Assembly (NCBI GenBank): GCA_964601045.1
Contig: CAZRLF010000004.1
Span: 92,809 to 156,808, forward strand
DNA length: 64,000 bases
Source of the DNA: an uncultured Bacteriovoracaceae bacterium
GTDB lineage: Bacteria > Bdellovibrionota > UBA2394
Direction: 5' to 3'
Shown here: positions 57,132 through 64,000 of the stretch, in pieces
Numbering within the stretch: position 1 is the stretch's first letter
How the letters are laid out: each line of letters starts with the position of its first letter
Notes under the pieces: generated by a model
Database searches by the model: none
Told to the model about the DNA's origin: nothing
The model's input: the letters and a program-made list of their open reading frames with translations, nothing else
Program-made: the position numbers and the translations under genes

Positions 57132-58547
57132 TTAAAAATTATAGTGAAATCCCACTGCGTACGTGGTTGAAGTCGAATTAGATTTAACATCATTCGTAAT
57201 CATTCCGGCACGATTTCCAGCTCCAGAATATGATCGAGAGAAGTCTTCAATTCTGATAGCTGCAAAAATTTCTGAATTTGGCATTTGCAGTTTTTTCATC
57301 GTCCAGCCCACACGGCCGCCATAAGAGAGCAGAAGAGATCCTATTTCAGGTTCTCCAGTTCGAATACTGGTGGTGGGGTCAGCGCTATTTAAAACAGGAC
57401 CTTCGAAGAAATAATTAAATAAAATTATTCCAAGTTCAGGTGTGATCTTAAAGTCATAGGGGACATAAACAGCTGGAAGAAGGTTCAGTTTGGCAAATAT
57501 TTGATAGAGATTCATAAGCACGGGCTGGCCGAGGCGTGAGGGATTCGTTGGACTAATATCTCTCAATTGATTGGTAAGAAATATATTTGTTCCGAACCCG
57601 ACTTGAGCTTCGGGCTCTACACGAATGCCGTATTTAAGAAAAAAAGTTTTTCGCATAAAGCCATAACCTTGGATTTCATGTGCTTGAGCTTGAATATTTG
57701 TTTTTTCAATTTCATCGTTTGAGGGGTCAACAGATTCAGAAAAATAGGTGAATTGATAAGAGAGTTTTCCGCCATAAGTGTATTCAGGAAGTCTCATGCC
57801 GAGTTCATCGCTAATTCCGATTGCCAAGCCCGTAAAATCATAACTCAAGAAGGGGCTATCGTAGTATGATCCGTCAGTTTTTTGAGTGGAGTATTTATCT
57901 TCCCATTGTTGTAAGCCCATTTGTGCATCGAGTTCTTGATAAAAGCCCAGTCTTTCGCGAGCTATGGCAACAGGTTTTTGTTGGATGATTTCAACGGGAG
58001 CTTCACCAGATTTCAATGTAAAACTTCGTTTGTCGCTTTTTGGAATAACGACTTTTTCGGCGAATTTTTGGTCGGGGAATGATTCAACTTTGGTTTCGTA
58101 AGTTTTCTTTTGCTCACTATCTGGCGAATAAGGCTGGTCGAGTGGACCCTTAGAATTTAAAGCGAAGCTGCCGCGACGGAGAGCGCTTAAGGGGATCCAT
58201 CCCGAAACAGGAAAATCTCCCTCTAATTTATATCGAATTTTGGCAAAGGCTTGCTGAAGCTCAAGAATCTCAACAAAATCTCCCTTTTTAAGCTGAACGA
58301 TAAGGGGAGATTCAAGATTAGCCTCTCGGGTCACTTTAGCGGTGGTCGCCACAATAGTCGCCGTTTCCGGTTGCTTAAGAACCTCTGATTTCACTGACTC
58401 TGGCGGTACCACGGGTGACGGAGGCGGAGTTGAAAGCGTCGACGACGGTATGGCGAGAGAATTTGTCTCTTGAGCCATTAGTGAATTAAAAGTTGTAGTC
58501 GAGACGACCCAAAAGAGTATGGGAGAGAATATCTGTATCGAGCGCAT
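57132..58547 (-). CDS. secreted protein: Pro-rich linker, SH3-like domain, C-terminal beta-barrel
   Basis: The signal peptide is MRSIQIFSPILFWVVSTTTFNSLMA if translation starts at 58547. There is an SH3b-like segment, KKGDFVEILELQQAFAKIRY...GWIPLSAL. The protein ends in YAVGFHYNF, with the terminal Phe of an OMP signature. Confidence 0.6.
   Translation of the reverse strand: MRSIQIFSPILFWVVSTTTFNSLMAQETNSLAIPSSTLSTPPPSPVVPPESVKSEVLKQPETATIVATTAKVTREANLESPLIVQLKKGDFVEILELQQAFAKIRYKLEGDFPVSGWIPLSALRRGSFALNSKGPLDQPYSPDSEQKKTYETKVESFPDQKFAEKVVIPKSDKRSFTLKSGEAPVEIIQQKPVAIARERLGFYQELDAQMGLQQWEDKYSTQKTDGSYYDSPFLSYDFTGLAIGISDELGMRLPEYTYGGKLSYQFTYFSESVDPSNDEIEKTNIQAQAHEIQGYGFMRKTFFLKYGIRVEPEAQVGFGTNIFLTNQLRDISPTNPSRLGQPVLMNLYQIFAKLNLLPAVYVPYDFKITPELGIILFNYFFEGPVLNSADPTTSIRTGEPEIGSLLLSYGGRVGWTMKKLQMPNSEIFAAIRIEDFSRSYSGAGNRAGMITNDVKSNSTSTTYAVGFHYNF
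58414..58424 (+). repeat. GGTGACGGAGG motif copy (exact), antisense to the SH3/barrel gene
   Basis: This is an exact 11-mer. The coding strand reads CCT CCG TCA CC (PPSP). Confidence 0.9.
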
Positions 58548-60192
58548 AATCATGCTCATGAGAGAAATCATAACGGAATTGCCCAATGAGATTCGAGAGA
58601 AACCTGTAAGAGGTTCCAGCTCCGGCATAAAAATCGGTCGATTTGTCTCGATAAGACGGGGCTGTTTGGTTCAAAACGGCGGAGTCGATGTCTCTTTTAC
58701 TTGAAACGTACTGAAAATACGCGTCAAAAGCCCATTGAGTGCCCCAATCGTAAGCGACGGTTTGATAAAAGTCGTACCCCTGGGATTTGAATCGCTGTGT
58801 ATAGGTTGCCGTACTTTCCGTTTCGAGTTGACCACCTAGGAGAAAGAGACGAAGGCCGAGCGAAGTGCGATGGGCATCTTTTCGGTTTAGAACGCTAAGG
58901 TTTTTGGAAGGAGTGAAGTCAGCTGCTGGGGTGACCGGTGTATTATCGGCTGTTTTGTTTGAATCTATAGTTCGTCGCTCGTATCGAAAGCGTACAAAAG
59001 GCTGAGCCTCGAGAATGGGGCGATAGGAAAGTCCAACATCAAAACGATAGCGATGCGATTTGTCGAGACTGTCGCTAACGCGGAGGGACTGAGTACTGCC
59101 ATCATCTGTCACCCAACGAACGGCGGTCTGATCGAGAAAACGACTAATTCTAAATTGCGAAAACCCAAAGGAGGCAAACCACTGCGATTGCGGCCTCCAA
59201 AAGGTTTGAAGCGAGAAATGTGAGCTGCTGAATCCGTTATCTTCTTTGGCTGGAGGCCAGGGGAGTTCAAGAGTGGAGAGAGCAAGAAAGCTCACCTGAC
59301 GAACAGGGGTGAAGTGAACTTTATTGTAGAGATAGAATCGACTCATATCGCCTTTATACATTTCAGCAACGAGTGATCCGTCGGCATAGAGTTTGGTATC
59401 ACCTTGAGATGCAAAATTGGGAATGAATCGATAAGTGGGGCCTACAGTGAGGTAGTCTTTTGAAGGGTATTTTGAAATGGGATCGGGAGCGAGTCCTAAA
59501 AAGAAACCCGCAGCCTTAGCGTCGGGAGACGATGAGGGCCCAAAAAACTTTTCGCCATAGACGCCGTCGACGGTAGCGGGGCCTGTCAGGGAGCGACGGC
59601 CAATACTATATAAATAGTCTGCGCCCTTATATTCAAAGTAGGTATCGGAGAACCTTGGTCGATATTTTTGGGAGCCATAGAGGGCCCGATTTTCCATCAA
59701 ATTGGCTGTGAAGTTACCGTTTATTCTAAAATTCAACGGACCACTGACCCCGCGAATATCAGCTCCGATATTGGAGAGAAGAGTGTCGCCACCAAGTTCA
59801 CCTTTAGTGATCGTTTCGCTGCCGGTGGGGTCGGAGGAGTTAATTGTTCTGCCGAGCTCAAGCTCACTGCCATTGCCTTCGCCGGTTCCAATTTTTCGGA
59901 ATTCACAACGCCGAGGTGCCGCGCACTCAGTGGGAATATCGGGGCCGACAGCAACTCCAAGCAAATTATCGCTAGCATCGTAAACAAGTGCGACAGTGGT
60001 CGAATCAAAATCATCAAGTTGATAGAGCGACCAAGTATTCAATCTCCCTTGAAATAACCAAGACCCCGAAGCCGCTGCCGATTCCGTAGCTTCTAGCCCA
60101 CTACCGTTGGTGACAGAGGCCGCAATTGCGGTGACGGAGGCAAGTCGGTTAAATAATTTGAATGCCGATAATTTTAAGGAGTGCTGTTTCAT
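58486..60192 (-). CDS. large outer-membrane beta-barrel protein (about 568 aa)
   Basis: It has a signal peptide, MKQHSLKLSAFKLFNRLASVTAIAA, alternating beta-strand patterns, and a C-terminal LLGRLDYNF. Its start overlaps the cytochrome stop (ATGA). Confidence 0.65.
   Translation of the reverse strand: MKQHSLKLSAFKLFNRLASVTAIAASVTNGSGLEATESAAASGSWLFQGRLNTWSLYQLDDFDSTTVALVYDASDNLLGVAVGPDIPTECAAPRRCEFRKIGTGEGNGSELELGRTINSSDPTGSETITKGELGGDTLLSNIGADIRGVSGPLNFRINGNFTANLMENRALYGSQKYRPRFSDTYFEYKGADYLYSIGRRSLTGPATVDGVYGEKFFGPSSSPDAKAAGFFLGLAPDPISKYPSKDYLTVGPTYRFIPNFASQGDTKLYADGSLVAEMYKGDMSRFYLYNKVHFTPVRQVSFLALSTLELPWPPAKEDNGFSSSHFSLQTFWRPQSQWFASFGFSQFRISRFLDQTAVRWVTDDGSTQSLRVSDSLDKSHRYRFDVGLSYRPILEAQPFVRFRYERRTIDSNKTADNTPVTPAADFTPSKNLSVLNRKDAHRTSLGLRLFLLGGQLETESTATYTQRFKSQGYDFYQTVAYDWGTQWAFDAYFQYVSSKRDIDSAVLNQTAPSYRDKSTDFYAGAGTSYRFLSNLIGQFRYDFSHEHDYALDTDILSHTLLGRLDYNF
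60109..60119 (+). repeat. motif near-copy GGTGACAGAGG (10/11), 21 nt from the copy at 60130
   Basis: It forms a tandem with the exact copy at 60130. Both encode ASVT in the barrel signal peptide. Confidence 0.6.
60130..60140 (+). repeat. GGTGACGGAGG motif copy (exact), antisense to the barrel gene
   Basis: This is an exact 11-mer. The coding strand reads (G)CC TCC GTC ACC (ASVT). Confidence 0.9.
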
Positions 60193-62447
60193 AGACGTCT
60201 CCTTAACTTCCAGGAAATTTGAGAATGGCAATCTGAGCAATCTTTAGAGGATGCAAGATCATGAGGAGATTTGCCGTTTGTGGTCTTTAGATAAGAGTCA
60301 GCATGACAGAAGAAGCAGTCGTTTGGCAGGCCTTCATAGATTTGGTTTTTATGGCAGTCGGAGCAAGCAGCATACCGATGAGCGCCTGTAAGCCTAAAGC
60401 CTGTAAGGTTATGTTTGAATTTAGGTGGCAGCCATGCTGTCTGGGAGTGGCAGTCACCGCAAGTAAGGCCAAGTTTACCGAGGTGTGGATCGTTCTTTTG
60501 ATGGCAAGTGCCGCAAAGAATGCCCATGCCTTGGTTAGTAGCATCCGATCGATGGCATTCGTTACATCCCATTTTGTCGTGGTAGCCTTCGAGTTTAAAG
60601 AATCCTAGATCATGGACCTTAGCCCCCCGTTCAACCGAGAAAGAACTTGTACTATGGCAGGAGTCGCAAGCTTTTCCATATTGTCCAGCGTGAACGTCAG
60701 TGTGGCAGTTAAGACAGTCCGTTGGAGCTGAGTCGAACTGAGATTTTGGTACTTCATATTTTTTAAGCAAATGCTGAGGATGACATTTTTGGCAGGAAAG
60801 TTCGGCGTGACGACCAGTTAATGCCCATCGGCCGATAAGCGAGTGTTCAAATTTTGAGACTGGTTTAAATCCATCTGTGCGATGACAGTCGCCGCATGTA
60901 TCGGGCATGGATTTACCGTGAGGATCCTCATGGCAGCCAGCACAATTGGGATTTGTATTGTTGGCGGGCATATTTTTGAAGCCTTCATTCACATGGCAGG
61001 AAAGACAGGCGACGCTACGATGTTTTCCGGTGAGGTCGAACTGGGTGTTTTTATTGTGGTCAAACTGGATCCAAGAAAATTCCGTCGTTACGTGGCAGAA
61101 TGAGCATGGTTTATCGATCTGTCTTTTATCGTGGGGATTTCGATGGCAATCGCTGCACTCGCCTGTGGAGAGATTTTCAAAAGTTCCACTTAAGTGACAT
61201 TTGTTACAGTCGAGAACTTGATGCTTACCCGAAAGTGGGAATTTTGTTTTGGAGTGCCTTTCGAGGTCGAATGTTGAATTAATGAATTTTTGAGTGAAGC
61301 TGTGACAGCTTTCACATGATTGCTTAGCGAATTGCTCTCCGTGCGGAAATCCGTGGCAGTCAGAGCATTCATCAAATTTATCAGAGGGAACTTTAAATTT
61401 AGCTTTTGGGTCTGTATGGCAAGAGTCGCAAGCCACGGCTTCATGATATCCTTTGAGCGGGAACTTTGTTTTTGAGTGATCAAAACCCTTATCTTTGGAT
61501 GAATGCTTTTTGCCATCCCTAGTGGGAATAATATCTTTCCATTTTCGGTAGACGTTATGGCAAGTCGTACAGTCGTTTCCAAAACTTCCCTTGTGCGGAT
61601 CGGCATGGCAGTCGGTACATTTATCAAAGTTCAGTGGGGCAAATGTGGTAAGTCTTTTCTTTTGGGAATCAAGTTTATGGCATTCTTTGCAACCGACGGG
61701 AACGTGAAGTCCTTCAAGTTTAAATTCTGTTTTGTCATGATTGAAGCTCTGCTTCTTGGCCATTTTTTTCCAGTTTTCAATTGTGGAACTGTGGCACTGA
61801 GTACAATTGAGCCAGTCTTTTTTTGAGAATTTATGTTCGTAATCATTTTTATGGCAGGGATAACAATCGGTTGGGGCTTCCAGATACGTCCGAGAGGATG
61901 TGGTTTCTGATGTTTTTGAGTTTTTACGAAAGGTTGAGTGACAAGATTTACAGTCGGGGCTGGTATGTTTTCCGATGAGTGCGTAGCCGGTTTCGTCGTG
62001 GTTAAAGGTTTTAAGCCAATCTGAGGGAGCAAAAATCGAGTGATCTTTTCCTTTATGGTCTGCGTGGCAGTTTTTGCACTCGGGTTTGTCGCGATGGTAG
62101 CCACGTTGCTTGTCTATGCGAGAAGAAATATCTGTGTGGCAGTCGAGACATTTTTTGTGAACAACGTCTTTACCAGTGCGGCTTTGGTGACACTCAATAC
62201 AACCTTGAACGGTATCAATTTCTTCATGTGCCTTTGTCAGAGGGCCAGGGGATCGGGTTAGGAGTTCTTTCAAAAACTCCTGAGCCTGGAGAGAGGGGGG
62301 GACTATTTGCAGTTTACCTCCGTCACCGAGAAGAACAAAAAATACAGAAAAGGAGAGACAGAAACGGACAAACACAGTCATTCGAGAATTTCGGGACATT
62401 TGTCTAATGCTTTCGCCTTTTGTTGTGATTTTGTACTCCGTCACCAT
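60189..62447 (-). CDS. multihaem c-type cytochrome with 27 CxxCH motifs (nine trihaem c7/c3-like modules)
   Basis: I counted 27 CxxCH by eye. The repeated unit is F.H..T.F.L.G.H....CxxCH ... CxxCH.DPH.G.....CxxCH. The signal peptide is ...MTVFVRFCLSFSVFFVLL...SLQA. Alternative starts are at 62399 and 62381. Confidence 0.85.
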   Translation of the reverse strand: MVTEYKITTKGESIRQMSRNSRMTVFVRFCLSFSVFFVLLGDGGKLQIVPPSLQAQEFLKELLTRSPGPLTKAHEEIDTVQGCIECHQSRTGKDVVHKKCLDCHTDISSRIDKQRGYHRDKPECKNCHADHKGKDHSIFAPSDWLKTFNHDETGYALIGKHTSPDCKSCHSTFRKNSKTSETTSSRTYLEAPTDCYPCHKNDYEHKFSKKDWLNCTQCHSSTIENWKKMAKKQSFNHDKTEFKLEGLHVPVGCKECHKLDSQKKRLTTFAPLNFDKCTDCHADPHKGSFGNDCTTCHNVYRKWKDIIPTRDGKKHSSKDKGFDHSKTKFPLKGYHEAVACDSCHTDPKAKFKVPSDKFDECSDCHGFPHGEQFAKQSCESCHSFTQKFINSTFDLERHSKTKFPLSGKHQVLDCNKCHLSGTFENLSTGECSDCHRNPHDKRQIDKPCSFCHVTTEFSWIQFDHNKNTQFDLTGKHRSVACLSCHVNEGFKNMPANNTNPNCAGCHEDPHGKSMPDTCGDCHRTDGFKPVSKFEHSLIGRWALTGRHAELSCQKCHPQHLLKKYEVPKSQFDSAPTDCLNCHTDVHAGQYGKACDSCHSTSSFSVERGAKVHDLGFFKLEGYHDKMGCNECHRSDATNQGMGILCGTCHQKNDPHLGKLGLTCGDCHSQTAWLPPKFKHNLTGFRLTGAHRYAACSDCHKNQIYEGLPNDCFFCHADSYLKTTNGKSPHDLASSKDCSDCHSQISWKLRRRL
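62317..62327 (-). repeat. GGTGACGGAGG motif copy (exact), sense orientation in the cytochrome gene
   Basis: The plus strand reads CCTCCGTCACC. The mRNA reads GGT GAC GGA GG (GDGG). Confidence 0.9.
62435..62445 (-). repeat. motif near-copy GGTGACGGAGT (10/11), fused to the ATG of the cytochrome ORF
   Basis: The mRNA reads ATG GTG ACG GAG TAC. Confidence 0.6.
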
Positions 62448-62451
62448 TTAA

Positions 62452-63189
62452 CTATTGGTCCATCGAATTGTTAGTGTTAGGAGGCTGACGAGGCGTGGTT
62501 TCTAAATTTATTCCGTTTGCTTCGGCCAAACCTTCAAAATTTGCTCGTAGATTGGGGGCAAGCCTTAAGACTGGTTCACAAAGGGAGTCGCGAAAAGATT
62601 CAAAGCTCTGATCTCGCACACTTTTAAGGATTTTTGACAGAGTTTCCCATTCGGATCGTGTGATTGTATAAGAGAGATACGGAGTTATGAGTTCCTCGCG
62701 AGTCCATCGTACTCGGGGAGTGGGTTCTGTTGGTGACGGAGGCAGAGAATCCGTATTTGCTGCGTTTGCTCGATTTCGAAAAATAGCAGCAAAGAATGTT
62801 GCTCGAACATAGTCGGCTTTTGAACTTCCAAAAACGGTCCCAATTGGCAGTTTCTGAGCTTTTGAACGAAGTCTGGTTCTTCCAAAAATCAAAGAGTGGG
62901 CAATTCTGCAAAAAATTTGCGAGTTTGGTTTGGACCCTTTGGTGACGGAGGAATCTTCGTACCAAAATCGAAGATCGACTCCATTTCTGCCTTCCAAATT
63001 GCTTTGAAAAACTCCTTCAAAACGGTGACGGAGGAATGGCTTTACGGGAGATAAGCCCCAGATTTTTTCGTATTCTGGAAGAGATGCGACGGTTGAGAAT
63101 TTTTGCGAGCTTGTAAGAGAGGGCAATGGACCATCAAGTTGACTGATTAGAAAAAGCGGAACAAACAGAAAAAATGAAAAAGTAGGCAC
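62452..63189 (-). CDS. hypothetical secreted protein, first gene of the cytochrome operon
   Basis: It has a GTG start, and the signal-like N-terminus is MPTFSFFLFVPLFLISQ. I recognise no family. Its stop lies 4 nt before the cytochrome ORF. Confidence 0.5.
   Translation of the reverse strand: MPTFSFFLFVPLFLISQLDGPLPSLTSSQKFSTVASLPEYEKIWGLSPVKPFLRHRFEGVFQSNLEGRNGVDLRFWYEDSSVTKGSKPNSQIFCRIAHSLIFGRTRLRSKAQKLPIGTVFGSSKADYVRATFFAAIFRNRANAANTDSLPPSPTEPTPRVRWTREELITPYLSYTITRSEWETLSKILKSVRDQSFESFRDSLCEPVLRLAPNLRANFEGLAEANGINLETTPRQPPNTNNSMDQ
62732..62742 (+). repeat. GGTGACGGAGG motif copy (exact), antisense to operon gene 1
   Basis: The coding strand frame is CCT CCG TCA CC (PPSP). Confidence 0.9.
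62941..62951 (+). repeat. GGTGACGGAGG motif copy (exact), antisense to operon gene 1
   Basis: The coding strand frame is TCC TCC GTC ACC (SSVT). Confidence 0.9.
63024..63034 (+). repeat. GGTGACGGAGG motif copy (exact), antisense to operon gene 1
   Basis: The coding strand frame is CTC CGT CAC C (LRH). Confidence 0.9.
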
Positions 63190-63241
63190 GCCTACTATCT
63201 TGCATTAAAATTCATGCAAATTCATTAAAAGAGATCTTAGA

Positions 63242-63279
63242 TTCTTAGCCGTCGAGTTTTTTGTAACGACGACTAAGAA
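63242..63279. other. 13-bp imperfect inverted repeat (hairpin) between the small gene at 63318 and the cytochrome operon
   Basis: ttcttagccgtcg (63242-63254) pairs with cgacgactaagaa (63267-63279), with one mismatch and a 12-nt loop. There is no clean U-tract. Confidence 0.4.
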
Positions 63280-63317
63280 TCGCATTCGGACTGAAAATGG
63301 GGATGAATCATCGGTTT

Positions 63318-63533
63318 TTATTCATTGTTATTTCTTCTCAGCCTAAATTCTAACTGGTTGGAATCTAACGTTAACGTTAGCTGGCTTATATTTGCGTCAA
63401 TACGCTCCAGGATTTTGAGCTGGCGCCTAATTCCGGCCTCCAGGGCCCAAATACTTTCAAGTAATCTTAACTCCGCATTTTCAAGTTCTTGCTCAAGATA
63501 CATAATCGATAATTCTTGATTAGAGGTGTTCAT
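63318..63533 (-). CDS. small coiled-coil hypothetical protein (71 aa from ATG 63533)
   Basis: The ORF reads MNTSNQELSIMYLEQELENAELRLLESI... and overlaps the comM stop by 14 nt. I recognise no family. Confidence 0.35.
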   Translation of the reverse strand: MNTSNQELSIMYLEQELENAELRLLESIWALEAGIRRQLKILERIDANISQLTLTLDSNQLEFRLRRNNNE

Positions 63534-64000
63534 GGGGTCTCTCCATTCGCATAATAAACTCATTAAAGTTGTTTTGATCGCGTTGTGTTGGCGCCGAGCA
63601 TTCATAAAATTTGCACCAGCTAATAAAGCTTTCGAGTTGATTTCTTTGACGCCGTGGATTTTGTTTTGAGTTTAGTCGAATGTTTTCCAAGTTTATGGCT
63701 TTTAAATTTCGCGCATCAATAATTCTCTTCTTAAGAGTTTTAATTTCAAATTCTCTCGACTTAGAGAAATCATGAAAATCCCAAAATACTTTGAAGTGAA
63801 AGCGATCTTGAAGCGGCCCTGAGATCCGAGCTTTGTAAGCTTGGTATTCAATCGTTCGACAAGTACAGACTGTGGTTGAGCAATGAAATCCGCATTTGCA
63901 TGGATTCATCGCGGCGAGTAGCTGAATGTCTGCGGACATCTGTGCTGTTGCTCCTGATCGAGCAATGCTAACGCGTTTCGTTTCTAAGGGTTCTCGAAGA
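63520..64000 (-). CDS. comM: Mg-chelatase-like ATPase ComM/YifB, C-terminal part (the gene runs off the right edge)
   Basis: The frame is open to the window edge. LREPLETKRVSIARSGATAQMSADIQLLAAMNPCKCGF...YKARISGPLQDRF matches the ComM/YifB core. Confidence 0.75.
   Translation of the reverse strand, partial: LREPLETKRVSIARSGATAQMSADIQLLAAMNPCKCGFHCSTTVCTCRTIEYQAYKARISGPLQDRFHFKVFWDFHDFSKSREFEIKTLKKRIIDARNLKAINLENIRLNSKQNPRRQRNQLESFISWCKFYECSAPTQRDQNNFNEFIMRMERPHEHL

Noticed and set aside
61190-62104. Two same-strand alternative-frame ORFs (145 and 157 aa) inside the cytochrome gene
   Set aside because: They lack CxxCH periodicity, and the annotated frame carries all 27 haem motifs. They are most likely open by chance in the His/Cys/Lys-codon-rich sequence.
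1-64000. A window-wide search for mobile elements, defence islands, CRISPR arrays and rRNA/tRNA genes
   Set aside because: I found no transposase, integrase, reverse transcriptase, Cas-like or restriction-like ORF, no direct-repeat or spacer arrays, and no tRNA-like cloverleaf in the intergenic gaps. The gene content is core metabolism and cell envelope throughout.

Overview
This is a dense, mostly housekeeping chromosomal window with about 55 protein genes. I found no rRNA, tRNA, CRISPR array, transposase or integrase. Recognisable genes are shc (partial), dapF, tag, an acyl-CoA dehydrogenase, cca, recO, glyQS, ppdK, trmL, smc, ftsY, truA, rplM-rpsI, rpoN, secA, gap-pgk-tpiA-secG, murB, lepB, xthA, prkA-yeaH-spoVR, hup and comM (partial). 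The gene content looks like a Bdellovibrio-like predatory bacterium, but that is inference only: a histone-fold protein, PilZ and pseudopilin genes, a giant DUF342 protein, and several normally cytoplasmic folds carrying signal peptides. The most interesting signals are listed here. (1) The 11-mer GGTGACGGAGG occurs 9 times exactly plus 3 near copies. Most copies sit in a four-gene operon at 57.1-63.2 kb, where it is read in all three frames and both orientations, so it is a nucleic-acid-level signal. (2) That operon encodes a 27-haem (27 CxxCH) cytochrome plus two outer-membrane beta-barrel proteins, a candidate porin-cytochrome conduit. (3) A 58-aa histone-fold gene is missing from the ORF track. 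It is convergent with an 18-codon poly-lysine micro-ORF that shares an identical 17-nt translation-initiation region. (4) truA is fused in frame to an outer-membrane-protein paralogue. (5) A sigma-54-type promoter sits in front of rpoN. All functional calls come from reading motifs by eye; no database search was run.
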